NCBI GenBank assembly: GCA_964016885.1
Contig: OZ024742.1
Span: 248,310,001 to 248,374,000 of the forward strand
Reading direction: 5' to 3'
Origin: Eledone cirrhosa
Lineage: Eukaryota
DNA length: 64,000 nt
This document shows positions 25,399-40,269 of this stretch, piece after piece. The notes beneath the pieces are model-generated. The model ran no database searches. It was not told where the DNA came from and saw only the letters and a program-made list of their open reading frames with translations. The stretch's first letter is position 1; the number at the start of each line of letters is the position of its first letter. The position numbers and the translations under genes are program-made.

Positions 25399-25978
25399 TG
25401 ACCCAATAATACTAATATTGATAATCTAACCAACATCAGCATTTAGCGATAATCACTTTCTGTGCCTGAGGTATCTGTCAGGTTGCCAGTCCAGCAGTTC
25501 TAAAAGAAGTGCTCGAACTGATTAAAAAAGTGAGGAAGTGAATTACCGCCCAAAAAAAACAATACATGCGCGTGACATGAACTCTGAAAGGAATTCAGGC
25601 CACGTGCTAAGTACTCAATTGGAAATTGAAAAAATATCTATGTGTGTACAACATTTGATGACACACACAGATATTTTCTCGGGCAAAATAACAGAATGAG
25701 ATATAAGGAACAATCAATATTCATTTATAAAAAATAAACAAAGAAATGCTAACCTTATACCGGGAACTTTTTTCAAATCTGCTGCGCCAAGAGTAAATAA
25801 ATAAATACAATATCGGAGAAAGCTTTTTAGCGATACTCCGGCCAAATTCCAACTCACTCAACAAACATTAGTAAATAAGTGATTATATTCCCAATTATGT
25901 GTTCGGGGTGCTAACTAAAAGTATTGCATGGAAAATTGGCTGTATTATTTCAAATGAGACACATCTAATATATCTCTT

Positions 25979-26107
25979 CGCAGACGGTCGTCTCGTTTCA
26001 TTATAGGATTCCTACAATTTGGGTGAAATTATACCAATTTATGTAGGAGCTTGTATACCATCAATAGATATATATATTCAAGTGGGCTCCTATAATTCAT
26101 CAGTGGG
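25979..26107 (-). ncRNA. Type I hammerhead ribozyme, second tandem copy
   Basis: Same core and stem II as 25272-25398; one mismatch in stem I (TGCG vs CCCA). Confidence 0.8.
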
Positions 26108-26315
26108 TGCCCCAATAATACTAATATTGATAGTCTAACAATCAATATTCATATATAATCTAACAATCAATATTCATATATAAAGATAAACAAAGAAATG
26201 CTAACCTTACATCGGGAATTTTTTTCATATCTGCTGCGCCAAGAGTAAATAAATAAATACAATATCGGAGAAAGCTTTTTAGCGATACTCCGGCCAAATT
26301 CCAACTCACTCAACA

Positions 26316-26373
<58 letters not shown>

Positions 26374-26455
26374 TTATTAAAATAACAGATTAAAGTTTAA
26401 GCAAAGAATCGCTGCTTTCACCCTTAACGGGATCTTCTGAAACTCTTATTATTAT

Positions 26456-26515
<60 letters not shown>

Positions 26516-27025
26516 AATGTGTGTATCTATAAACGTAATTTGTTCTTCATCTTAGTCTTCCATACATCATCATTGGTATTTTTAATGTCTCAATTATGTA
26601 AATGGTAAACAAGTTAGGGATTCTTACAAGGAATTCATGTATACCTGTGTGTAAAAGATTGTAAGTGTTAATATGAGTGTGTTTTTCTGTGTGCGTGTTT
26701 GCGTGCGTGTTCGTGTGTGTTGGTATTCGTATATGTATGTGCTTGTGTGTGTACTTCTCTGTGGCATCAAAGTTAGAATGACGCCGGATCGTCTGTCTTC
26801 GTCCTGATTATATCAACAGAAAATGTCTTCTATTATTTTATGATAAGCTATAAACATAATGTTCTATTTTATGACACTAAATATTCATATTTGTTTGTTT
26901 ATTATTTTTGAGGAGAGTTGAGTCATTACAAATATGTACACATAAATATATATATATACACGTATACATGGACACACATGCTCAGATAGACACACACATA
27001 TACACAAACACACACACAAACACAG

Positions 27026-27057
<32 letters not shown>

Positions 27058-27210
27058 GCATGCGTATGTATGTATGCATATGCACTTACATAGCTATATA
27101 TATATATATATATATACACATACACTCGCAGAAACACACAGAGAGATACACGCTCAGACACACACACACATATACACATATATGTGTGTGTGTGTCTGTA
27201 TGTGTGCGCA

Positions 27211-27249
<39 letters not shown>

Positions 27250-27910
27250 GTGTGTGTGTCTGTGTGTGTCTGTGTCTGTCTGTGTGTGTGTGCGTGCTTA
27301 CAATGTTATATTTTAAATATTAACATTAACAATAAAATATAAACAGACGTTGAGATCGAGATACGTCCTTACAAGAAATAGAAATTCGTTGGTGTCCTCA
27401 TAAATAACGTTGTCGTTATCTCACGATTTATAATTTGTGCGTCATTTTTTTTTTTTTCGTTTTCATATTTGTTTTAGAGAATGTACAAAATAAATCTTGT
27501 AATTTATGACCTAAACCAATAATTCTGTGTTCATTTTTATCTGTGTGAAAGAATTTCTTCGAATATTTTCTAATTGATATATAATAATTACAATAAATAT
27601 GTCTTCAATATAATTATATTCAAACACATTTAGAATCAGAAAATAAAGTGACTGACATTTGACCAGAATATTCAGAACGTAGACTTAGGTTCATATAAAT
27701 TCTTAAATAATCCACTCCATTCTAGTGTAATCTTAAATTTGAAATATTGATAATTCATTTCATTTCTTCTCGCTACTCTCATTCATAGTCTGAAGTGTAA
27801 CAAAAATAAAAATTGAGAGACATGTATACATGTACCCAAATATATGTGTATATATAATTATATATATATATTTATATGTATGTGTATATATTTATGTATA
27901 CATATATGTG

Positions 27911-28360
27911 TATACAATATATTAACAAATGGAAACTATATTTATAAAACCATATTTATTTCGTTATACATATTTCAAGGGCCACCAAAGCAAACTATGG
28001 TGCGTTTTCAATAGATAAAATATAATATAGGTTAGTTTTATAAATAAATATTGACATACTCTTAAAAAATGCAACCATTCTGGTTAGAATCTCCTGGTGG
28101 CCCTTGAAATGTGTATAAGTGTTTCTACTTTAGGCACAAGGCCAGCAATTACCCAGTGGATTACTGGTACTTTATTTTATCGACCCCGTAAGGATGAAAG
28201 GCAAAGTCAACCTCGGCGGGATTTGAACTCTGATCGTAAAGGGACGTAACTATGCTGGAAAAAATGGCGTCCGACCCTCTACCGATACTGCCAATCCACC
28301 GGTATAATGAAAAAAATGTGATTTTATAAATATAGTTTCCATTTGTTAATATATTGTATA
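27911..28360. mobile_element. MITE-like element with about 77-bp TIRs; right TIR interrupted by a SINE
   Basis: 27911-27949 inverted at 28322-28360; 27964-27987 inverted at 28095-28118. Confidence 0.7.
28120..28301 (-). mobile_element. tRNA-derived SINE
   Basis: Reverse complement of the family consensus; GTATAA on both sides (possible TSD). Confidence 0.88.
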
Positions 28361-28461
28361 TTTACTCCAATAATTTGTTGAGTGCTTTATATCAGTTATA
28401 AAAATATTTAGCTTGTATATCCCAACAAATTAAATATAACCTCTACACACACACACATATA

Positions 28462-30265
28462 TCATCATCATCATCATCATCATCAGGTTTAGCGTCCGTG
28501 TTCCACGCTTGCATGGGTTTGGACGGGGGTTTTCCCACTTGAGGCAAGAGTGGTTGTCTTGCTCGCATAGGACTGTCTGGCGGGTTTTCTACAGTTGGAT
28601 GCCCTTCCTAACACCAACCACATTTACAGTGTGGGGCTGGGAGGTTTTTACCGTGTTGCCTACACGGCCACATTTACAGCGTGGACTGTGTGTTTTTTGT
28701 CGTGACACCTACACGATCTCATTTGTTTCGGCCTGGATGTTGTGGGACCAACATAACTTTACATTGAAAGGGGCGGTGTGGGTGGGGTGGAGGTGGTGGG
28801 ACGGGGGTGTGTTTTGATAGAGATGCCTACTGACTGTAGTAGGTTTTTACTTTGTATTTAGGTAAGGCGGGTCTTCTCTATTACTGAGTACCGCCAAAGG
28901 TCTCGGTCCAGTGACATTGTCTTGGAGAGGTGTAAGCGTGTGAGGTCGGAATTTATCAGCTCGTCCCATGTTTTTCTGGGTCTGCCTACTCCGTGGTTAC
29001 CGTCTATCTTTATTGCCCTGCACTTTGTTATACAGCTGTCGTCTTTCATGCGCATCACGTGACCGTACCAACGTAGCCTTCTCTCGAGTAAACATCATCT
29101 GATCCCTCTTATTTCTAATTTTTTCCTTAGTTCGTTTATGCTTTGCCGTTCACGTATATTACTATTGCACATCCAGCGGAGCATGCAAGCTTCGTTCCTC
29201 TCTAGTCTGCGTATATCCTCTGCACACAATGCCCAGGTCTCACTGCCATGCAGCATTGCTGTTCGTATGCAGGCATCGTATAACCTGCCTTTCATTTTTA
29301 GGGAGAACCCTCTAGCGGCTAATAGTGGTATAAGCTCTCTGAACTTTTTCCATCCAGTTCTGACTCTAGCTACTGTACTTTCAGAGCACCCTTCCCCACT
29401 GCTGATTTTGTCACCCAGATAACGGAAGCTGTCCACTATTTCTATAGAACCCTCTGCGCAGTTGAAGGAGCTAGTATTTTGTGGGCACTTGCTGCTACTT
29501 ATTGCACCAGAGCACCGGCCACATGTAAAATCTATGTTCTTAGTTAGCTTACCTGTGATCCCACTACATCTTTTATGCACCCATACTTTGCATTTGGGAC
29601 ATAAAATGGAGTTTCTACCTACGCCTTTCCTACACACTGAGCATGGCCATTTCCCAGATGGGACCGCCGCCTTATTTTCTTTCCTACAAACTAGAACTTT
29701 AGTCTTAGCCAGGTTAATTTTAAGGCCTTTTGATTCAAGGCCGTGCTTCCATGTTTGGAATTTCTTCTCTAGTTCGGTCATTGATTCAGCTATGAGCGTT
29801 AGATCATCTGCGTATAGGAGTTCCCATGGGCAGCCGGTCTTGAACTCCTCTGTTATAGCCTGAAGGGCAATAATAAATAGTAGGGGGCTAAGAACAGAGC
29901 CCTGATGGACACCAACTTTTACGCTAAACTCTTCACTATATTCGTTGTTAATTCTAACCTTACTGACTGTTTCTTTATACATGGCTTGTATAGCTCTCAC
30001 AAGCCATTCGTCAACACCTAGTTTTCTAAGAGACCACCAGATAATGGAACGGGGGACTCTGTCGAAGGCTTTCTCCAAGTCGACGAAAGCTAAGTATAGG
30101 GGTTTACTTTTAGCTAGGTACTTTTCCTGTAGTTGTCGTACAATGAAAAGAGCGTCTGTGGTACTTTTGCCTGACACAAACCCGAACTGCATTTCATCTA
30201 GATCAATTCTCTCTCTGATTAGTTGCGCTATTACTTTTTCCGTGACCTTCATGACCTGGTCGATT
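28462..30265 (-). mobile_element. 5'-truncated RTE-clade LINE with (TGA)n tail
   Basis: [64 protein letters not shown]; PHD-like Cys/His insert; (CAT)n at 28462-28484. Confidence 0.92.
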
Positions 30266-30267
30266 AA

Positions 30268-30924
<657 letters not shown>

Positions 30925-30925
<1 letters not shown>

Positions 30926-31485
30926 CATCCAGGGACTGTAACTCGGAGTTACTGTAGGTCAACCCGAGTGAGTACTCGATGTTTAGGTTCACGTCAGTAT
31001 CAAGGTGTAGAGCTAGACAGAGTGTAATGTAATCATACAGGGACGAATGGTTACTCCTTTACATTTATTGTTTGGTGACGAACTTTTGTTTCCAGAGTCG
31101 GGCCAGATCGATACATATCGAACCTTGAGCTGGTCAGTAGTTGAACGCGCGTCACCAACCAGTAAATTTGATGAAGGACTAACCGTTCGTCCTTGTATCA
31201 TTATATTGGTGGATTGGCAGTATCGGTAGAGGGTCGGACGCCATGCTTTGCAGCAAAGAGTTACGGCCATTTATGGTTTGAGTTCAAACCCCGCCGAGGT
31301 CAACTTTGCCTTTCATCCTTACGGGGTCGATAAAATAAAGTACCAGTAATGCACTGGGATAATTGGTGGTATTGTGCCAAAAGTAGAAACAATTATTATA
31401 TTACACTCAGTCTAGCTATACATACTGATGTGAATCTAAACATCGAGTGCTCACCTGTAACTTCGCGTTACAGATCCTGGGTATA
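30925..31485 (+). mobile_element. Diverged foldback element with HHR-like centre, interrupted by a SINE
   Basis: 30925-31080 is an imperfect inverted copy of 31150-31207 plus 31400-31485; centre GACGA-ACT...AGTT-GAACGCGCGTC-ACCAA. Confidence 0.65.
31208..31398 (+). mobile_element. tRNA-derived SINE
   Basis: Family consensus match; attatatt on both sides. Confidence 0.88.
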
Positions 31486-31697
31486 AATACACATTTAAAT
31501 TTGGCGCTTTACCACTGGGTAGAATTTGTCATTCTGCAATGTTAATCATAACGTAATATAGGAAAAGCACACGACGTTATGCAACTCATCCATCTTTGAT
31601 GTTGAATGATGCTGATGGTGGGGAAACGGTGTGAAACATATTATAAAGCAAAATGACAGGATGCCAGATAGTTTTAATTTCCTTCATTATTTATTTA

Positions 31698-31892
31698 TGG
31701 GCAGAGAATTGGCAGTATCGGTAGAGGGTCGGATGCCATGCTTTGACGCATAGAGTTACGGCCCTTGCCATTCTGAGTTGAAATCCCGCCGAGGTTAACT
31801 TTGTCTTTCATCATGACGGGGTCGATAAAATAAAGTACCAGTTATGTACTGAGTAATTGCTGGCCTTGTGCCAATAGTAGAAACAATTATTT
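31698..31892 (+). mobile_element. tRNA-derived SINE
   Basis: Family consensus match. Confidence 0.88.
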
Positions 31893-32061
31893 ATTTCTGC
31901 AAACACTACGCACACTTCAGTGGCCAGGTTGCGAAAGAACACGGTGACATTTACACAGGTGTAAATTGCATAATGGTTGCACACCAACGGAATAAACGTA
32001 AACACATCATTCCGTTGGTATACAACTATTGTGCAATTTTACTTCAGAATATAAATACACG

Positions 32062-32093
<32 letters not shown>

Positions 32094-32352
32094 CATATAT
32101 ATATAGTGCAAAATTGGACGGGAACGAAAGCAGAGAGGCAGACAAAGGTCTATTATATATATTTACACTGAGTATGTATGTGATCGGTTATACAGCATAG
32201 TTCACCGGCTGAAACTTCCAGGTTCCATGAAATAATCTGGTTTACCGACATAGTACAATTATAGATGCCTCTGCAATTTCTTTTATATTTTGAAGAGAAG
32301 TGAACGTTTATCGTCGTTATAAAACAGACAATAAACTATATAAATACATACA

Positions 32353-32418
<66 letters not shown>

Positions 32419-32429
32419 TCATACATATG

Positions 32430-32511
<82 letters not shown>

Positions 32512-32852
32512 TATATATATATAGAGAGAGATAGAAAGAGGGAGAGAGACACAGAGAGAAAGATTGGGAATGTGAAAGAGCGAGAGACAGAGCGAGCGAG
32601 TTTAAGAGGAGGATATTGCCCAAAGAATCCATTTACATATATTAAGGATTTTAAGATTTTTGAGAGACGTCAATTTTATCTTCATGGGAGAAGATATGGT
32701 GTAATAATAAATTTACTACTATATATATTTACCGCTTCCATATAACCATATAGAAAGTAAATTATATATATATATATTTATATATATATACACATAGATA
32801 TATATATACATATAAATATGTATGAATGTATATATATATATATATATATATA

Positions 32853-34035
<1,183 letters not shown>

Positions 34036-34659
34036 AGAAGTCGAAGTCAGTTTTGCCGCATATGTACAACGTTTATTCAGATATGAGAGCCTATACGTTT
34101 GTGGTCATATAAACTCGCATATCTGAGGAGATATCTAAAAAGTACCGTGCTCCTGAGCTGATTGATATCGAAAGAATTGTAATATGAAAACAGGTTTTGT
34201 GCATAAACTGCAACACTTACGTTGACTCTCAAATGTATCTATACTCTGTACACTACAGTCATAACACTGGAATACATTCCAAACGAAATGGAACTCATAA
34301 CAGCATCGATTCCTTTGAACGGCACGCCGCCTTTTACTGTTGTTACACTGTTAACTAACACATACACACAGAGATGCAGACGCACATATATATATATACA
34401 TATATAAATAGATAGGGAGACACAAAGAAGGCTTTGTTTAGGAACGGCTAGCGAATTTCAAAGGTATGTAGTAACATAGGCTTACGCCGTATTTGGCTGA
34501 ATAAAATTAGTCTGCTCGTTGGGATTTAAAAAAAAAACCCTCTGAAAAAAGGACGAGTATTGACATACATGGGACATGAACCGACATCTTTTGTTTGTCT
34601 GATCAATGTGGTACCATTATACCAATACGCCACCCATGCATCCTTCCATTCAATTAGAA

Positions 34660-34713
34660 ACTATGTAACCATAGCAGGTCTATATATATATATATACTGA
34701 CTTAAGAGAAATA

Positions 34714-34752
<39 letters not shown>

Positions 34753-35150
34753 AAATATATATACACAAGCGCAATAACAACAGGCACACATAAACACACA
34801 CTAGTAAACTAAGATAGAATAGAATAACCGGAACACAGTCACCCAAATAAAGAGATAAAATAAAAATGGCGTAGATATACAATACAACAGGAGGAACATA
34901 ATAGTACCACTGATGATGTTGCAGATGTGCAACGAAAGAACTCTGTTAGATTATATCTATGTGTTTATATCTATATTATATCTGTATTTTTGACCGTTGG
35001 TCATTCAATGATAAACATTGAGGATCAAATGAATCAACTATGGAGATATAAAAGATACAGAAGCGAAAACCAACCAAACAGTGAGTGTGTTCTGTTATTA
35101 ATTCTGGCAATATTATTACAAAAATATGACACTCCCCAAGTATAACAATA
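34660..35150 (+). mobile_element. pLTR/3' fragment of the same PLE family
   Basis: Matches 24270-24795; ends ...ccccaagtataacaatata. Confidence 0.82.
34907..34945 (+). ncRNA. Minimal hammerhead motif in PLE pLTR
   Basis: CCA-CTGATGA-T-GTTGCA(GATG)TGCAAC-GAAAG(AA)CTC-TG; decayed equivalents near 24548 (+) and 33170-33213 (-); stems I and III weak. Confidence 0.6.
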
Positions 35151-35154
35151 TATA

Positions 35155-35900
35155 TAGTATTAAGGATACTATTTATGGTTATGTATATACAAAAACTTGT
35201 TATAGTTATATATATTTTAAACCCTAAACAGTGAAAGTCAGTAATTTCTTACTACCATATTACCAGTAAGATTAAGAGCTCAATGTAATTACATCAGTTG
35301 TTTTACAGAACAGTTATATATAATTCACAGGAATGAAAGCTATGTTCAAAGCATTTATTCGCTTACAATTGATTCATCCAAACCGAGGCTTGGTGTCTTC
35401 GGAGCATTTTTCAATGTTTGTACACATACATGACCTCCTTTCCAACGCAAGAGACATACAGATACATATGTATATATAGATGTACAGTGGGGTGACATAT
35501 ATTATATTATTTCTGAATGGTAATTTAAATTCAAAAACAAAATCACATTAAAACAGTATCAAAGCACAATTAAAATTAAAATACAACATCAATGCAAAAT
35601 TAAAATACAGTCGGCAGTTAACGTAGATAATACAAGCGGATAGTTTGTTAGTCAGTTGCAGTAGTTATTGTATGCATTAGTTACACGTGGGGCATGCACC
35701 TGTGTCTTATTTATATATGATTATTGTGCGGCAGGCTGTTACATGTAATACAAGCACTTTAAGCGGGTAATCAAGAGTATTATGGAGGTTGTAGTGGTAA
35801 GGTATTTTTTGTATATGATGAAGTAGCTAGTGTGCAGAAAAATAGTATAAATGAGAAGCAAAATAATGTTATGGTTTTTGTATATTCAGGAAACGTAATA
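35155..35900 (-). mobile_element. Second copy of the 485-1245 repeat, with HHR-like motif at 35361-35405
   Basis: Colinear similarity; minus strand GCT-CCGAAGA-CACCAAGC(CTCG)GTTTGGAT-GAATCAATTGTA-AGC. Confidence 0.6.
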
Positions 35901-36257
35901 TATAGTTCATATGTCCTTCGCATAATTAACGATGATTCCGTATTGGATGTTTGATGTATTAAGTTAAATTATTATAGCTTGTTGCGGCTCAGTGTTCTTT
36001 AAACTAATGCATACAATAACTACTACAACTGACTAACAAACTATCCTCTTACATTATCTAAACTTTTAATTTAATTTCATCCTTTAACTCTTAACATAAG
36101 TTAACGTTACGATTTTCTGTTCACACACTTGACCATATAGACACCCATTATATATTCCTTTGTTAAAGTATAGGTTCTTTGGAAGAACATTTTTCGCGGC
36201 GTTTTCTTGCCTGACCCTTACGCTGACTTTTCTTCTTTCTTTCTTTCTTTCTTTTTT

Positions 36258-36299
<42 letters not shown>

Positions 36300-36746
36300 C
36301 TTTTATATTCTCTGACGGAGAGGTGGTAGTACACTATAAGCCTTCGCCCCTTCACCTGATGGTCATTAGTAGACCGAATAGCCATCGCTTGAGGGCAACT
36401 GACCGAGGTGAAAACAGCTAGTTGGTCAGTCGTCCTCTCTATCACTGATTTACGGACCCATGGATTGTTATATATTCCGTTGTTATATTTCGAATACCTG
36501 ATGATATCACCGGATTCATATGGAACCCGGTCATTGAAATGATCATAGTATAATAAACTTTTCAAGGATTTACACCAGTCCAGCCTCCTGTTATTTTATT
36601 CATAATAATTAACTCCGTATTCGCACCACCAACTACACAAACGAAGACGGGTGAACTGCACTACATTGAGTACTTTCCAAAATATTACATCAAGATTGAC
36701 CATACGGAATGTCCAATTCTATCCGGTGGTGAATCAACAAAGCTAA

Positions 36747-36919
<173 letters not shown>

Positions 36920-37749
36920 CATATGCATATATAAATATATATATATACATATACATATATATACATATATATATATATACATACACATATATATATATAC
37001 GTACGTCTCTGTGCACAAGTGTGTGTGCACGAGTGTGTGTGTTTTTGGTTCTTTTTTGTGTGGGCATCTCAGTATGAATGCTCTAACCTGATTAATTACC
37101 TTTTAAAAATATTGCACGCCAGGCATAAAAGTGCAATTTAATTATACAACATATATCACAAATGATGCACTGTACTACCCCCGTGAACAGTCTCACCCCC
37201 AGCAATACCACCTCAACTAAGAAACTACCGCCCCCACCATCAGCAACGTGACAACTGTGCATCTTTCCTACCTCTCCTTCACATCCAAACTCACAGAGAT
37301 TACATAGGAAAAACAGCATTACTATAAAAAACGATACAATTACAACAACAACAGCAACTCTAGTAGAAAAACAAATCAGCAACAATAATATCAATACCAT
37401 CACTATATAAAACAACAAAAACCACAGCAATGGCAACAACAGCGGTAAAAAAATGGCTGATATTATTGGGACAAGTAAAATAAAATAAAAATATCAGAAG
37501 TAGGCTGCAAATATCGAATTCTGGCCAAAGGGGACCGATTGATCGAAGAAAAAAAATATTGATGAAGAGAGTCGGCCAAGTATTTGTAACGTATTTAAAT
37601 CACACGAGGATTCACCTGATTTTATTATATAGGTCTCACAACGAACGTAAATTAAATATGTGAGGTTATACACATAATAGATCAAACAGGGGACGTTGGT
37701 CTTGGCGTTAGTTTTAACGTTAAACTGAAGTGATGATATATATATGCAT

Positions 37750-37965
<216 letters not shown>

Positions 37966-38893
37966 GTTATAAATGTATACATTCAGTTCGAACCACTGAA
38001 TGCTCATCGTCGAAACAGATGGAGTATTCAACATCAATGAATCACTACTACATCTGTTCATAGTTTATACGATAGTTTGTTTTAATAACCCGTCTCTGTC
38101 TTTTTTTTTTTTCTTTTTTTTTTTGTTTATCTCGTCTTTTACTGAAGGAAGTAATTTTACAATTCACTTATTTCCTTTTAGAATTCTCTAGAAATCCTAT
38201 ACAGTTTCTTTGGTTTTGTTTTATCTATTCAATAAGCATCTTTGACTCAACATTCTACCCTCACTCCTGTTCTCCCCGGAATGATTCTCCCATATGTATT
38301 ATCCTCTACCTTACCCCCACTGTCTACATTCCTCTCTCACGTGGTCAGCTATTTCATTTTCTTAATATCCAGTTTCGTCTTTTATCTACTAATATTTATC
38401 CTTTGTAGCTGATATTCTAAGTGTGACTTTCATTTGGAATTCATATATTCTCTCTATATATGTCACGTTTGAGATTAAATTCCTCTACTACTCGTATTTC
38501 TTTATTTACACACACATTCATTCACACGCAAACACACAGATACACAGACACAAGTGAACGCACAGATGCACACACACACCACGAAGACCACACACACACT
38601 TCACTACACACACCACACACACATACAACTTGTACAGTTTTTCCTTTACTATATTAATACTAACATTCTTCTGTCTTGTTAATTTCCAGCCTAAACATAC
38701 AAGTAAACAGATAAGAAATTGTTCGTTAAATATTACTTACACTTTTCACTCATTTATTTCTATGTGAAATAATATATTCATGAATATCATACGCCACTTT
38801 ATTTAAATCTGATTCCCTATGAATTGCTTCAATCTTTCAATCTTCGTCTCTTTCAATCATTTAATGCGTTATTTACTAATGTCACCATGTCTG

Positions 38894-38937
<44 letters not shown>

Positions 38938-38960
38938 TCGTACACAAATATATATATATT

Positions 38961-39058
<98 letters not shown>

Positions 39059-39699
39059 AACAATCTGACAGACTATTGCTGATTTTCGTTATGTTAGATT
39101 ATTTTCTTATAAAGATGTTTCTACACTAAAGTCTTATTACTGGATTTGTTCATTAATTTTCAGACACATTAAGATCGCTTTTGTTAGGTTAAAGATTAGC
39201 AAAATCCTGCTGACGCTGGATTAAATGCTTACTGCCTTTGTTCAAACTCTCTCCATTCTTAGGTCAAGTATTGGTGTGATCAACTTTGCTTTCGCTGATT
39301 TGTGATCGATAAATAAAGTATCTGTCTAACGAGTGGTGAATAGGCGGGAAGATGTGAAGCATTCGATCATACATTATGCATTTCAAGTGCAAATCCCGCA
39401 TTCTGGGAGATAATATCAGAAATGAAATGACCAATGGAAATATTGTCTCTTTACTTCGATCGCACCATCGATTCCTTTCCATTTGGGTAGGACTAAATAA
39501 GCAGCGTCTTAACAGTGCCCGGGAGAATAGTTAACGGCTATATATGTTCTGAATTAATTTTTCCTTTCACTCTCTCTAGTTCGATGAAATACTGTACCAG
39601 TGCATTCCACTGGATTATCAGAAGTGTTAGATTGTGGAGGTAAACTTTCTGCAGTATTTATTCCGGCTTTTGACGTCCTGGATCCCGAGGAAGATGTGG

Positions 39700-39890
39700 C
39701 GAACCTGACTCTATCTAGCATACATTATGTCACTTTATACAAGAATACAACCAGCTTTCCATTTTCAGCTAATTAAACTGGATGAATTTGAAATATATTG
39801 CCTTGTTCAAAGATGCAACATGCCTCTTTGAACTGGGAATCGAACCGCAAACTTATGATAGTGATCCCAACACATTAACCGCAAGGAGAA
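39700..39890 (-). mobile_element. Old tRNA-derived SINE remnant (different family)
   Basis: ccttgttcaaagatgcaac...ctgggaatcgaacc...cacattaacc is a reverse-complement B-box/A-box pattern. Confidence 0.45.
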
Positions 39891-40269
39891 GGACCCTGTC
39901 TATTGGTATTATAGACGGTGATTAAATACCTCTATTTTAACTGGATTCCTTATCTCATACAATTCGCTTTCATGATTTCCGAGACAAAGAGGAAAAAAAC
40001 GAGTGAACTTCATTGGATAGGTTATGGTGCAATATAAGCAGTGCAGTGGTCCAAGGAGTTGCCAAATCTTGGCATGAAACTGATTACGACAGAGCAATGG
40101 TGGAACTAACTGTCTAAACATTCTCCATTTAAATATGAAGAATTGTTCACTCGGTTGCATTACATTCCAAGGAAATTCTCAATGAATCAGTTAACCACTA
40201 CAATATAATGAACTAGAAACTCCCTTCAAGCAATACCGTGATTGTTTCGGCTTCATATTTCGGTGGCGT

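Larger units (their letters stand above)
25097..26319 (-). mobile_element. Retrozyme-like head-to-tail tandem non-coding element with two hammerheads
   Basis: aatacaatatcggagaaagc... recurs at about 25097, 25804 and 26236; HHRs at 25272-25398 and 25979-26107; no ORF; (TA)n on both sides. Confidence 0.78.

Noticed and set aside
25097-26319. CRISPR array or LTR retrotransposon
   Set aside because: Repeats are hundreds of bp, no unique spacers or cas genes; no TG...CA ends, PBS or gag/pol
26405-26446. Further HHR-like strings (26405-26446, 5880-5925, 7268-7300, 36350-36385, 37995-38060)
   Set aside because: Core mutated and stems I/III not convincingly paired; probably decayed ribozymes but not supportable individually
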